Counted from the stretch's first letter, positions 1 to 13,060 are shown. The stretch is 64,000 nucleotides of DNA from Lingula anatina (GCA_051362555.1 CM120643.1:25920848-25984847); one strand, 5' to 3'. Translations and numbers: made by a program. Notes: generated by a model not told the origin, from the sequence alone.

Positions 1-273
1 CGTTATACTAAACAGCTTACATATCACAGAGTTCTTAACTGAGACGTGGAATGGTTCAATGATCGTCGTAGACCTTTAATCAAAATGATATTTTGTTCAA
101 ACTCAACTGAATATTCAATTCAGTTTCGAATATTGCCTTAGGGGGACAATAAAATATTTAAGAGATTTAAACACCTAAAAAGCAAAATTATATGCAAAAA
201 TAAAAGTCACAGTGGAGGATTTTTTTACACAAAGCCTGCGGGAGAATGTTATTTCTAGTGAGTAAATATCAAT

Positions 274-1151
274 TTAAAGTTTGTGTTCTTCTTCAAAGGC
301 CTTGTTCGCGTGACCATTTTGTTTCTCTGTAGGTTTGGGCTCTTTTGATTTACAACGCTTACAACAAAGCAGCTTACTAATCGCCCTGTCATAAGGCTGC
401 AGAGAGTGTAGCCACAAAGGCAGCCAGTCCCAAGTTCTCAGCTTTCTCGGCAAACACCGGGAACATTTTCGTTGACACACATTTATGAGAATGATAAGTA
501 AGAACAGCAGCAGGAAAGTTCCCCCCACTCCCACCATGACCCACAGACCAGCCAGCGAGAGTCCAAACACTGCCAGCGGCAGGATAAAGTACATGGTTAT
601 TAAGTAAAACAAGGCAAACCAGCGGTACTTAGCTGTGGTGTTCCCCAGGGTTTTGGCCATCTTTATCGGCACCCTCATAAATGGAATGGGATAAAAAATG
701 AGAATGCCGCTGATGTTGAAGAAGAGGTGAACGAAGGCGATTTGTAGCCCGCTTTCAAACTTGGACCCGCTGGAGGCCAGAGCGGCGATGAGGCCCGTAC
801 ATGTGGTGCCGATGTTGGCGCCAAGCGTGAGAGGGTACATACGTTCTATGCTGATGACGCCTATTCCAACGAGGGGTGTCATGGCCGACGTAAAGATGGA
901 ACTGCTTTGCACCGCAATTGTCATTCCCGCGCCGACCAACAGTGCGACGTACCCGGTTAAAAATGCCAATTTTCCCGGAAAGTCGGCGTTCAGGACCTTC
1001 TTTATGATTCTGGCTATGCTTCCCTTCAGGACAGAATGTAAAAGTTTCACTATCAAGGCCAGACACACGCACAGAATGAGGATGGCAATGATTAACAATA
1101 CAATACCTGCAACAGTCTCGTCCAAATTAAAGTAGGAGAAGAGATACGTGC
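274..1151 (-). CDS. SLC34A2: SLC34 Na+/phosphate cotransporter, last coding exon (second QSSS repeat, C-terminal TMs, Cys-rich tail)
   Basis: Translation contains VQSSSIFTSAMTPLVGIG, YPLTLGANIGTT, AFVHLFFNISGILIFYP, LGNTTAKYRWFA and TWDWLPLWLHSL, all SLC34 signatures. AG acceptor at 1152-1153, phase 1; stop TAA at 274-276. The family is clear; A2-type orthology is only a best label. Confidence 0.93.
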
Positions 1152-1608
1152 CTGAAAATAATATTTATGTAAACGTAAATAAACCAATCCATCCATAAAA
1201 CTAGTTATAGGCCTTCATTTAAATTTGTAAATTTACCCGCCGAAGAAATAAAAGCGTATATAGAATAACTGAGAACCTAAATGACGATTGAAACAAGGTG
1301 CAAAATGCATGTACATGTATGTTCATGCACGCCTCAAATTTAGCACAAATAATCGCTGTGAAAATATAATTAGTGTTAAAATGCACATTAAAGTTTGGGT
1401 CCAAGAACATTTTCATTTGCGTTATGACTGGTGAAAATTCATTAAATCTTATGGCGCTTGTTGGTGAAAATGCGCGAGGCTGCGTATGTGTGTGGGTATG
1501 GGGCCCGGGAGAGGGGGGGGGGGGTGCTGGTTTGCAGCAACATATTTATTACATTGCATTGTCACCAAGGTGCATCAGCTACCTGCTGCTTTTAGTTCAT
1601 CTACTTAC

Positions 1609-1752
1609 ACCTGCTGACCCCGACTGATTTTTCTTCCAATGTCGTTTGGTTCCACTTATACGACACTCCAGCAGGGGAGGATTCATTGTAGAATGTGTTA
1701 TTTCCAATTAACCCTTTCACGTAGTTAAGCCACGTGGCATTATCTGATTGTG
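1609..1752 (-). CDS. SLC34A2: SLC34 exon (large extracellular loop, ..QSDNATWLNY...NNTFYNES...WNQTT..VSR-C)
   Basis: 144-nt open exon with AG/GT boundaries, phase 1/1. Several N-glycosylation sequons; its last base completes the loop Cys codon with the next exon. Confidence 0.85.
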
Positions 1753-1995
1753 CTGAAACGTAAAGGAATATATTCAATTTGAAGTCAATTGATTCGATTA
1801 AGTCAATATCAATAACTTGGACCCACAGACAAAATAATTTCTAAACAGAAAAAGTCGAGGCTTATTTACTCGTGCCGTTTAATCATACTGGCAGGCCATG
1901 CAACGCTACGCAACGTTATACTGTAGTTTATCACTAGCGGGGCCAGGCCTTTGTGTTAAAGGGGGGTGTGTGTGTTTAACATTGCGTTTTCTTAC

Positions 1996-2131
1996 CCAAT
2001 GGAATAGTAAAATTCATGTGCGTCGTTTCGTTGTAAAGGACGGTCTTAGTTTTACACCATTCCAACTGTAGAGGTTCTGACGCTTTTTCAGTGTCTCCGG
2101 CAGCAATAGCAATAATCACGTTCTTGTCAAG
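1996..2131 (-). CDS. SLC34A2: SLC34 exon (LDKNVIIAIAAGD...EWC...)
   Basis: 136 nt, AG/GTAAG boundaries, phase 0/1; matches the SLC34 'LDKxVIxxIAxGD...WC' motif. Confidence 0.9.
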
Positions 2132-2493
2132 CTAATAAATGAGAATGTGCTGTGTATAATTCACAATGCTGTTAATGATAGTGTCATTTTACCAGCTTGC
2201 TACTGTCTTTCAGTTTTTAAAAGTAATTAGCTTTAGATAAGCTTCAGTAGGCCTATGAAAGGAAGCAAAAGTAGACTGTAGTTTGAAGTCTCCTGTGAAT
2301 TTAAATTAAATGTACAAGAATATATAAAACCCTCTTAAAACATTATATCTTATATCTTTTTTTTTTTTGAAGTAGTGTAATTTTAAATACGTGGGGTTGT
2401 AGGAATTAGCATGATTACAAGGTTGAATCAAATTATCAGTACACATGCGTACAGTAGGCCCAACACACGTATTTATGTCCACAGAATACTCAC

Positions 2494-2801
2494 TTTTATG
2501 AGGAGCCCTGTGAAAGGTGAAGTGACCAGCTTGAAGAAATCAATCTTGGCACCTGTTGTAATCAGAGGCATACTGTTGATAAGGAGGTCGGTTAGACGGT
2601 ACATGTAACCGGAAACAGCTTCCACCGGGAGAAGCACGAGGACGCACAGCCAGTTGAACATGTCGTGGACAGTGGCTCCCGCAAACGCGCGCCGAAATTC
2701 GTTCCTGTCTGCCGACTGCCCCATGGCGACTATGGTGTTGGTGACGGACGTGCCGATATTGGCGCCCATTATCATTGGGATAGCGGTAGGAACGCTGATG
2801 A
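2494..2801 (-). CDS. SLC34A2: SLC34 exon (AIPMIMGANIGTSVTNTIVA...FRRAFAGATVHDMFNWL...)
   Basis: 308 nt, AG/GTGAGT boundaries, phase 1/0; hallmark SLC34 sequence. Confidence 0.95.
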
Positions 2802-2925
2802 CTATAAATATTTATTAATAACATATAACTGACATGTTCTTCGAAATCATGTAGTGTGAAAAGGAGCAAAATGACCAATCCAACCAATCCACATCCCTCA
2901 GATAACTGTAAAATTTCACCACAAC

Positions 2926-2957
<32 letters not shown>

Positions 2958-3043
2958 CGACTCAAAATTGTCAATTGACAAACGAAAAACAAACAAAATT
3001 TACGAACTAGTGAATATTTTAAGCAGTATTTAAAGCTACTCAC

Positions 3044-3187
3044 TATTCGACGCCACCATTGTGACAATAATTGAGGTAGAAGTTGAGGAACTTTGGACCA
3101 GTACGGTGCCTAAGACACCAATCATCAGGCCAGCCACGTCGTTACCAAGGATACTGTCCTCGGAAAACACAGTGCCGGCAGCGCGAC
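3044..3187 (-). CDS. SLC34A2: SLC34 exon (first QSSS repeat: [30 protein letters not shown])
   Basis: 144 nt, CAG/GTGAGT boundaries, phase 1/1. Confidence 0.95.
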
Positions 3188-3408
3188 CTGGTGAGTGAAA
3201 ATGTGGCGCATATTATTAGTGTGGGAGTTAAAGAGGGAAGTAAGAAAAATGCATTTAGCTTTATAAATAGAAAGCTTCTCTTAAAAAGAACACATTAACA
3301 TACAGATACATGCATATTATGATAAAGTTATTTTTGTGTTTTAATGGGCGGCAGACTCAAAGGCTACATTGAATTAAAAAATGACATCAAAGCTTTTCGG
3401 CAATTTAC

Positions 3409-3537
3409 CCCCAATGAGTTGGAAAGACGATCCTAGGAGGTCCAAAGAACAAATGAACAATAGCAGGAGGGCGACCAGCCCTATCGCCTTCAACAGGCTG
3501 ATCAGTACTCGCTGTATTTTCTGGGCTCCTGTTAATT
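3409..3537 (-). CDS. SLC34A2: SLC34 exon (TM1: LLLLFICSLDLLGSSFQLIG)
   Basis: 129 nt, CAG/GTAAAT boundaries, phase 1/1; FICSLDxLxSxFQL motif. Confidence 0.93.
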
Positions 3538-3929
3538 CTGGAATAAATGTAAGGGAAAATGAAATTAGAAAGTAACTTTACAAATCTTAAATATCAATTT
3601 GTTTAAATAAATTTCATTTCGATATTTTATATGTAATTCTTATTTTCGAGTAAAACGGAACCTTGCCTTTAAAATAATAAGTTAGGCAGAAGATAATTTT
3701 AAATGAGACTAAAAATGGCTAACGTCTCGAAAATGTTATATATTAATTTGAAGTTTTTTCTTTATAATATCACTTAATCTACTAATACCGTCATTAAAAG
3801 CCTGCAAGTAAGGGAATTTAAATATTTTAAACGTGTATTTAGTTGATATTAAGTTCAGCATTCAACAAAGTTCACTTTAACACGATAAAATAATACGCTA
3901 TCTCTGCCTTTAACTGTTTTGTTTCAGCA

Positions 3930-4811
3930 ACCGACGGTCCTGTCTACTACCTTCAGATGTCATTCTATTAGTACTCACTACAAAACATGCAAATCAGAAG
4001 ATCACCAGATATGCTTCACATTTTAAAAAGGTAAATATTCCAGGCAATGTGTTTATTTCCCCAGATAAAGAGGAAGAAGAAGAAGAAAACGAAATAGAAA
4101 ATGTGAAAACAGACATTTCAGCAAGCGAACAAAGTGGACAGTTCTCAGCGAAAGAACAACCAAAATCAACAGATTTAAGGAGATCCCAAAGAGCAAGGAA
4201 AATCCCTGAAAGATTCAAGGAGTTTGTGTTATAAAAATGTTAAGTTAGCTACCAAGTGGTAAAGACCTGGCTTAGAGAGTGATGTACTGGCAACCGCTCC
4301 TCTCTTTTAGGACTTAATTTTACTTCTTTCTCAAAGTAATTCAAACTGTGACAGTGAACACTAAGATCACAAAATACTGCAAAGTGCAGGACTTTTATCA
4401 TTTGTTTTAAGAGATATTGATTTGTTATAACAACATTTAAAGTTTCAAGTTTGTATTTAAAAAATGAGAGAGAAATACAGAACAGTTGTATAATTTAAGT
4501 GATTTTATTCAAGAATCAGTTACCATTGGACCAGTAACTGCTAATGTGTCACATTTTAAAAGGCTTACATACGATTCACATGTGGACTTTTGTGACTTTT
4601 GTGTCAGACACCGTGCATGTATAAATATTATTTTTAATTTACTTTTCAACCCCAGGTAAAAGTAATTCAAGGTGGGGATGGATGTAATGTAGTAATTTGA
4701 CTGTATGCGCGTGTTATATCTTATGTGTAGAGTTCACGTCATCAGTTATACACTTGAGTTAGTACAGACGAAATAAAGAGCACCACCGGCTCATCGAGTC
4801 ACTTTATTATA
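3930..4811 (+). mobile_element. Gypsy-like LTR retrotransposon 3' remnant (pol C-terminus, PPT, 3' LTR) in an SLC34 intron
   Basis: Peptides ITRYASHFKKV and LRRSQRARKIPERFKEFV resemble the Gypsy integrase tail. Purine tract AAGGTGGGGATGGA is followed by TGTAAT (4683), then AATAAA, ending near ATTATA (4811). Confidence 0.65.
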
Positions 4812-4963
4812 TTTACTAAGGTCAAGGTGACCCTGGCTATCTTTTGGTCTCTCTGTATCAACTTCCACCGCTTACATAATTTGCCGGCGAAATCAATTAT
4901 GGAACAAGGTCCATTTCAAAGTTTCTAGGTGATAATGATATTTGACCTCAGGTCACGCCCTAC

Positions 4964-5117
4964 CTGACCAGGGGGGACCAGAGTCCTTGAGTTCGGGCAG
5001 AGCCCAGGGGTCAAACGGTTCCTCATCCTGGTGTTCCATGCCCTCAGCCGTCGTGAGGTCGACCTGGGACTCGCCGGTCTGACCACTGCCATAGTCTGCT
5101 GGGGACGCAGTATGATT
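4964..5117 (-). CDS. SLC34A2: SLC34 exon (cytoplasmic N-terminus, DPWALPELKDSGPPWSE)
   Basis: 154 nt, CAG/GTAGG boundaries, phase 0/1; conserved DPWxLPELxDxGxxWSE motif. Confidence 0.9.
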
Positions 5118-5170
5118 CTGAAATAGAGTTTTGGTGTGCTAAGAATAAGAGGGGTGTTAAATGTCTAAAG

Positions 5171-6048
5171 TACGGAGCTTTTTTAGTATCATATTAACTT
5201 TTTTTATTTTCATTTAAGTTTTATGTTATGGAATTTTCACCGCGGTGAAAAATAATTTACACCGCGGTGGAAATACTCTTCACCGCGGTGGTAATTCCTG
5301 GCCATCTCGGCCCGGGTAATGCATACATGTAGGTTATACGAATCCAACATTAACCAGATGTCTGGAAAGGACGTTGATAAAGACAAGCACATGCACATGC
5401 ACGCGGTTTAACCGGTCTATGTGCCAATCATCCCAGGAATCTGGAGGAAGCGGGCAGTATTCGAATAGATTAAAAATCACCGAAATGCTGCAATGTTGTA
5501 CGTGGCTTTTCCCTTTATAATAACTTGCGTATTATTGGGAATATTGGTAGAAAGAAATCTTTACGAAGAAACTGAGATTACATCTATTAAGATAAGATCT
5601 AAGAAACACATCACAAAAATATTTAAAAATACATTGTCCAAAAATAACGTTAAGTATTTAGTAATAACAATGGGATTCCCTTTGCATAAAACTGCAAGCG
5701 GGACTTTTTAAAATTATATAGGTGGTAAATATAGATGGGAAACTTAAGTTAACGGCAGTGGCCCCACGAACAGATCCACCAACCTTGTGTGTATGTAACA
5801 ATAGCATGCACAGTGACGGAATCTGGCAAATGTAAGGTTCTCATTACCTATTCATCACCCGGGCCGAGATGGCCAGGAATTACCACCGCGGTGAAAATTA
5901 TTTTCCACCGCGGTGAAAATTATTTTCCACCACGGTGAAAATTAATTCCCACCGCGGTGTAAATTATTTTCACCGTGGTGAAAATTCCATAAAATAAAAC
6001 TTAAATGAAAATAGAAAAAAGTTAATATGATACTAACAAAGCTCCGTA
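5171..6048. mobile_element. Non-autonomous DNA transposon with long TIRs and 6-bp TSD (IS3EU-like termini)
   Basis: Termini TACGGAGC...GCTCCGTA; ~150-190-bp inverted repeats with arrays of the palindrome CACCGCGGTG; perfect TSD CTAAAG at 5165-5170 and 6049-6054. Confidence 0.85.
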
Positions 6049-7310
6049 CTAAAGGACCGTCCACAATGTATTTTGTTGAACTAGCTTATGCCCACTAACT
6101 CCAAGGGGACTCCCGCTTAATGCAATCAGATGAACAGATTAACACGCCTCTTTTTGGCGTTGAGTACAATTTATAAAAGCTGGTGATTATACGAGTGGGT
6201 TTAAAACAAGTCTGTTAACATGACTGCAATCAAAGACAGTCACCGTAGAGTTAGTATGCATTAGCTAGGCCGACAAAATACATCGTGAACAGTCCCTTTA
6301 GCTTTCTCTTAGACAGAAAATGCTGCTACTCCATTGTTGATATACTTCGCCATTGGACTAGGGACTTGCGTGATAAATACCAATTTTTTCGAGTTATATG
6401 AAAACCAACAGAGCAGAGAAAGCGCATTCATGTACTACTGTACATGTAACAATAGTTTCAATATATATATTTTAATATGTTTGCATCATGAAAAAGGTAA
6501 ACAACAACACATGAATGCTCAATGTAGCCTACTTTGATACATGGATGGTACAATAGTACTTGCGTGCATATGGATATGACACGGTGATGCGCAAGAATGT
6601 TGCTAGGATTCTGTTGACTTATGAAAACCAATTAAACTCAGGCAGACAGGTTCTACCAGCAAGTAACATAAGATAATTTAAGTTGATGCTTACTAAAAGT
6701 GGAAGGGATTTTATCCATTCATTAATCGTTTAAAACAATTTAACATTTTCACGATACATTATAAGTCCTGCCCTTGACACTGATACAATTTTTCTAATTT
6801 CACAAATGGGGCAACATCCTAATGACCTACTTATTTTAAAGTGGATAACCTGTTATTACATGCGAAACCGCTTTAATTAAACGAGCTTACGTTTGGTACT
6901 TTTGAGATAAAAGAGCCCTACACATTTATCAGGGAAAATTTCAGATATGCTTCACTTTTGCCTCTATGCTTATGATAACTATCATTGAATTTGCCTTTGG
7001 GAATAAAATTTTTCATATATTAAAAATGATTCAAATATGGAACAAACAACATGTGTTACTGATACATTGATACTCCAGAGTTCTTCACGGCCACGCAGAT
7101 GTTGGAGTTACTAGTCTACTATCAGTTACAATTTGACAGTGTACACATTCATCCGATAATAGAGGTGATGAGTTACGTTCTTCACCAATGTGCCCTAAAT
7201 AAAGGTTTGTAACCAGAAAATATTTTTAAAAATTACGGAAATCAGTCTATCAATACTCCAGTTAGAAAAAAATCAATAGAGAAATAAGCTGAAGATAAAA
7301 GCTACCGATC

Positions 7311-8445
7311 ATAAGCCCAAAACAAGTGTTTCAGACACCATATCGTACATTAAGTTAATCCCAGACTTTACCCATGTCTAGCCGTCGTTTTATCTGAATT
7401 GCGTGAACTGATATCGTCAAGTGTTTAGAAATAAGCAAACAGAGCACGATCCACAAGTTATATACGCTTGAATTGATTGTTAACGTCCCCAGCTCGAGGG
7501 AGGTGGGAGGGTGATGGGAGTTTTTTTGTATGCTACCCATCACAGCCGCGTCTCGTCCTATACGCCCTCTAAACTGTACCCCATCTTGCCTCAGGTTTCT
7601 GCCTTTAAGTGCTATGCAGGCATGCGCACATGTACTGCTGTAGCTACTGCGGTTAGAATCGAGCCCGTAAGGCCGAAAACTTCACCCCACCCCCAAGTAA
7701 AGGGGGTTGGGTCGTGTCCCCTTTTCGCCAATTCGCCACCATGTTTACTTGAACACAATTTAGGTTTGAATTTGGTGTAACGTCACTTTTGCTGTTAATG
7801 TCATTGTTCACAAAGAATCTGACATAGAAACAATTTATAGAGTAAATGTATTCGAAACCTTAATAAGCCCAAGTCAAGTGAATCATAAACCATACGGTAA
7901 GTTAATGCCAGACGTTATCCATGTCTAGCCGATCGTGTTATCTGAATTGCGTGAACTGATATCAAGTGTTCAGATATAAGCAAACAGAGCACGATCCACA
8001 AGTTAAATACAACTTGAATTGATTGTTAACCTCCCCAGCTAGGGGGAGGAGGGTGTGGGAGTTTTTTTTTTTTTGTTTGTTTGCTACCCTTCACAGCCGC
8101 GTCTCGTCCCTACGCCCTCTAAACTGTACCCCCATCTTGCTTCACATTTCTGCCTTTACGTGCTAGGCAGGCAGGCGAACATGTACTACAGTAGTAACTG
8201 CGGCTATTACCGAGCATATAAGGCCGAAAACTGAGGAAATACCCCCGTCACTTCACCCCCTCCAAGGGGTGGGGCGAGTCCCCTTTTCGCCGATCCGAGG
8301 CCACGTTTACCTGTACAGATTTCAGGTTTCAGTTTGGTATGTTTTAACTTTAAAAAGTGTAACGTTACTTTTGCTGTTAATGTCATTTGTCACAAAGAAT
8401 CTGACAAGGAATCAGTTTGTAGTGTAAAATGTATTCGAAAACTTA
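7311..8445. repeat. Tandem duplication of a ~550-580-bp unit (7311-7860 and 7863-8445)
   Basis: Both units start ATAAGCCCAA, share TCTGAATTGCGTGAACTGATATC and CACAGCCGCGTCTCGTCC, and end near GTATTCGAAA. Confidence 0.9.
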
Positions 8446-8617
8446 AGTTCCCTCTTTTCAAAACAAGTTCACGTCTCTCTCCTAGTCTCCTACTTGTAGC
8501 ATCACTCAATCTTCCCCTCTATCTCTACTAATAATCAACCAATTACACAATGTTACGAATCGTTTGTTGTCCAAAGCGCATGTTGATTATTTTAACAGTT
8601 ATGAAAATGAACCTTAC

Positions 8618-8668
8618 ATCTCCGTTAAGTAATGCACACTTTTCTCCCGTGTTCATTTCATATTCTTC
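8618..8668 (-). CDS. SLC34A2: Candidate small SLC34 N-terminal exon (EEYEMNTGEKCALLNGD)
   Basis: GTAAGG donor, phase 0 compatible with the 4964-5117 exon. Internal ATG at 8656-8654; acidic dileucine-like EKCALL. The acceptor is ambiguous (CAGTAG, weak pyrimidine tract). Confidence 0.5.
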
Positions 8669-9910
8669 CTACTGAACAATCTTCCTTGTCGCCGTGTTTT
8701 AATGAAAGATATAAATAAACATGTTAAATCTGCTGTTATCCAGGCAAGGGTAAGATTAATATGCCTACTAGTACCTGGGACCTTTTTGATACGTTATCAT
8801 AAAATCACCTTGGGTTTCAGGACCCTGGCGGTGTCAAATATTTCTTTGGTCAAACTATATGAGCATTTATCGCAATCAAAATAATGTGAAGGAAAAGTTG
8901 GCTAATTCCTTTCTACCACAGCACATGATAGTCAAATTATGCTAATGAAACATTGACATTTTTTCTCTTCATATAAAAATATCGCGTCCCTTCCCCTTTA
9001 GAATAACACAGAGATTTGTGATTATCATGAAATAAAATGGTTAGGTTACTTATAAAGAATAGTGAAATAAGTTTTACTCGTATTTCAAGCTTTTGAGTTT
9101 TTTGATTGTCTTATAGAATGTTTTGATTTTTCGGTTTGGATCACGGTTCTAAAGGACGGTAGAAGATAAAGCAAGATCGAGTTTTCTTTCGTGAAAAAAA
9201 TTACATTCAAGAACTTATTATTATTGTTTTATTAGTTTTTTTTTATAACGGCTTCGTTTTTATTAATATTTGTTTTTATTGTTTTGTTCAAAGTTTTTTT
9301 TAGATAAAAAATTAAATAGAAAGTATATAATATTATGGCTTCAATTATCACTAATGACTGTCTTTATGACAATACGCAATGTTAAACGCTAAACCGGAAA
9401 TAACTCACACAGAACGAAATGAGGGCTTCTACCCCTAACACTTCGTCTATGTTTATACTATTATTATTTTAAATTCGCTTGAGTGTAACGAATTAGAACA
9501 TAAGAAGTGTTTGTTTCCTGTGGATGTTATGTATCCACGGCGCATAAAATATGAAGATAAGACAATTGTTTTAGAATGATTGAATTTTAATATGATTGAA
9601 AAAGAGGTGGAAATGTTGATAAGAAAAGAAAACTCATTCGGCTCATTTGACCACATGCCTGACACAGTCTCCGGCATCAATTTTAGACAAACATTATTGT
9701 TTGATATATACATTTGATAGAACCGTGGTGTATATTAACAAAGTTACTTCCAAAGTTAAATTAACAAAGTTGCTTCCATGTAATTACTAAAATATATGTG
9801 TCCAGTAAGATACAGTCAAATGGTTACTAGCGTTTACCGCTACAAAATAAAAGTAAAGCTGACATCCTGTATACCGCACTCCACATGCGTCCCTGCGAGG
9901 TTTAAATTAG

Positions 9911-10145
9911 AGACCATTTCCAGACGCTATCATACTAATTTTGGATCGAACTATCTCCAAGGGGATTCTCACTTAATTGCAATTAACTAAAGCAGCTTAG
10001 ATGTCTGTCAATCCTACTGAAGCAGATAGCAGCTTTAGTAGGCGTCCCAGTCATCTAAGCCACTTAACCTGAAAGCAATTTAGCGAGAAACCCTGTGGAA
10101 AAGGACCGATCCTGTTAGATCGATCTAGGGATGGGAACCCAGTCT
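9911..10145. mobile_element. MITE, copy A of a family also present at ~39817-40063
   Basis: Imperfect TIR ending GATCGATCTA..ATGGGAACCCAGTCT; internal sequence (TCTCACTTAATTGC, GCAATTTAGCG) shared with the second copy. Confidence 0.65.
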
Positions 10146-12019
10146 AAGACGCCTGGTCAATTTTTGGCTCTGATACCACGTCCCCCGGAGGCGGACACTC
10201 TGACCCCAAGGCCATCCGATCAGCTTTAACATATCATTTATTATCTAATTTGTCAAGTATTTAATTTTTTGTACATGACAGAGCATTGCCTATTTCGGAG
10301 TGCACAAGAGAAAAAATTGACAAATCCCTGTGGAAGGAACTATAAAAAAACACACACACACATGTAACCTTGGTTGGTTACTAATTTTTAAGAGAACGGT
10401 GGCTTGGAAACGCAGAACAACTTCTAGTAGATTTTTATTCTTCACACACGGGCTACAGGCTGGCACGCAGGCAGAGACAGTCGGGGTCTCTCTCTCTGTA
10501 TCTGAGAGGCCCAGAATTTATAGGGAATCGCACTGATTCCTGCGTGCCCAAAAACTATTAGTAAACGTACATGATTTAAAAAGAAGACAAATAAAACTGA
10601 ATACAGGGACTATGTCATTTGTCATGGTAGCCCTGAACATAGATTTATTCTCCAAGTAGGAAGGCTACATAACGCTCGGACCTGGGATTGGCCTCAACTG
10701 AAATTTCCCCAGGTGTAGTGACTGTTTCTGGTGGAAGAGATCAAAAGAGCGAAATGACTATAATGAGGCCAAGTAAATTTCTACAATTTTATAGTCGTCA
10801 TCTGGTTTCCCTTTCCTGTCATCTGAAAGGGGTGTATCTTCAATTATTTAAATTAATTACTCTACCGAGATTTTTGTTTCTAATTTTGGTTTCTCTTTCG
10901 TGATTGAAAATGTGATTTAAAGGCAGAGACAAGTTGTAGGCTATAACACTACTGTGTCATACATAGAAACAAATTTTTTTGAAGTAGTATTTTACAAAAT
11001 GAAATGGTTTTTGTGCACAAATAACTAGCTAATCTCGTTTCATGAATAAGGCGCCAACTGTTCCCAGTTATTAATGGCATGTGTTTGACCTGAAAAGATA
11101 TAATATCTTTGATCAGCGTTTGTTGTGTGCTATCGTTACCAAACTTAAATGGTAATTATAAGTGGTGTTTACTTTACATATTTTAGGATTGCTAAGACAG
11201 ATAAACTGAAGAAATCAGGTTTCATATTAACAATGCACATGTATCATTTGCAGGTGTAAGTGATGGGCAAGAAAATTACTCAAAAGGTGTGCTTGCTCTT
11301 TGAGGCAATATAATGGACCGTTTTTGCTATAAAAGTAATGTCTTCGATATTTAGCGATATGAATAGAAACAACCAAACCACGTGACGCACCCCTTGTTTG
11401 ATGGGAGTTTAATCGCGCCAAGTGATCTACGATACAAATTATAATCATTTGAAATGTATACACAAATGGCTAAAAAATACAGTGGGGTTAAGCAAGTTAA
11501 GGTTTATTTGTAGCTGTAAAAGATTGTCCACCCTGCATTAGATTTATTCAAAGTGGTCAGTGGTGGTCAGGGGGTGAAAAAAAAAAAAAAACTAAGACAG
11601 GGCTTACCTATACCCGACCGCTTTTCACAGGGAGGTCTCTCGTGCATGACATCTGTCCAGTCTTAAAAGAGGGGAACAAAGGTGTCTTTATTCTGGCTTT
11701 TGGTCGTGTAGAGAGTTTGAAACTTAACCGAAAACATCGACATATAATCCACCTGACACAGTCCAATCTTCCGTTTGTTACATAAACAGTGAATACAGAC
11801 TTTTTGTTGCTTTATCAGTGCAGAACAGTTAACACAGGGTGAGGAGACAAGAAAAGCAAGGTGATGACATGGTCAACTGTGATTATCACATACTAGCAAT
11901 ACCTCCACTCATTCGGCCGTGAAAGATGTTTTACTAATGTAGTTTGAGATTACAAAGAGCAGGGGTATCAAGATGTACAAGTGTAGCCTATTGTCTGGCA
12001 CGATTGATGCAACGGCGGA

Positions 12020-12020
<1 letters not shown>

Positions 12021-12054
<34 letters not shown>
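12021..12054. repeat. (TG)n microsatellite
   Basis: Seen directly. Confidence 0.95.
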
Positions 12055-12056
<2 letters not shown>

Positions 12057-12925
12057 GGGGGGAGGGGGGTGAAAGGGCAGAGCCGATACCTGCCCCTCCC
12101 TTCGCTTCTCAGATAACCAATTCTCCCGCTAGAAAAAGTCTAAGGAGCAAAAGACGAGGAAAAAAATGCGATTTTCCCATCATTCTGTCCTACATGTTAC
12201 AGTTAAGATTCCTTGTCTACGGTTTTATATTGACTTATCCTCCTGCCCCACCCTAGCAAAATCCTAGATCTGTCATTGTTTATGTGAATTATAGAATATG
12301 ATATGGGCGCTGATGCTTTGTTGAAGAGATCACCTTTAACAAATATGAATGGTTTAATACTTCTTCACACATTACGTCACTATGGCTTAATTTAATCACT
12401 CCTTTCACTTATGATCAAGAAATGCTTGCACACACTTTAAACACTACTGACACACACACACATCAGTGCAAGAACACGTGGACGAATGATTGCGCACAAA
12501 AGAATATTCCAGAACACGTATACATTAAATCAAAAACACATATTGTTCTTTCAATTTCATGTGCAATCCCACAAGCTCATTTTACGGATCAAGTACACTA
12601 TGCTTTTTGAAACACTAAGTTTAATGAAAACACAATTACTCCTTCTGTTTTTTTTCTACATCGGGACTGTTCTATGTCATACTATCTTCACTCATTCCCA
12701 CTTTAAATTTATGAAAAACAATTATATCTCTACTTAAATTCTACAGTTACTATGCACTATACGAGCAACACGCCGGGTTGATAGACTTTAAGTAGGTTAT
12801 CGCCAACGCTTTAGATTCACCAACGTCTAGATGCCCACTTGAAAAAAATAGTCTACACAAGAGAGTCAAGTCCAACTCTCAACAATTCCTAAATATTCTC
12901 ATTGATATGAATATTAATATCTCAC

Positions 12926-12970
12926 CTCATCCACTGGGACAGAAACATTGAATCCTTTTTTAGTCGGCAT
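12926..12970 (-). CDS. SLC34A2: Candidate first coding exon of SLC34 (MPTKKGFNVSVPVDE)
   Basis: ATG in AAG-ATG context, 15 codons, GAG|GTGAGA donor in phase 0, TATA box ~85 nt upstream. Confidence 0.6.
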
Positions 12971-13052
12971 CTTTCTTCGTAGGGGGTGTTGTAAAGAGGC
13001 GTGCTGGTTTTTCGGCTGTGCCTCTTTGACAAGTAGCCAGAACTAGAAGCTG

Positions 13053-13060
13053 TTTTTATA
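13053..13060 (-). promoter_or_regulatory. Putative TATA box (TATAAAAA) of the SLC34 gene
   Basis: Consensus TATA upstream of the candidate first exon. Confidence 0.45.

Noticed and set aside
274-285. SLC34 C-terminal EHKL as a peroxisomal or PDZ signal
   Set aside because: It is not a canonical PTS1 and lacks the Ser/Thr at -2 of class I PDZ ligands; too weak to call.
755-1135. Alternative-frame ORFs over the last SLC34 exon, and ORF 2540-3067
   Set aside because: They overlap real exons or cross introns and poly-A/T runs.
5238-5980. Regularly spaced palindromes resembling a CRISPR array
   Set aside because: Eukaryotic context, 21-bp period with no unique spacers, no cas genes, and they lie inside transposon TIRs.
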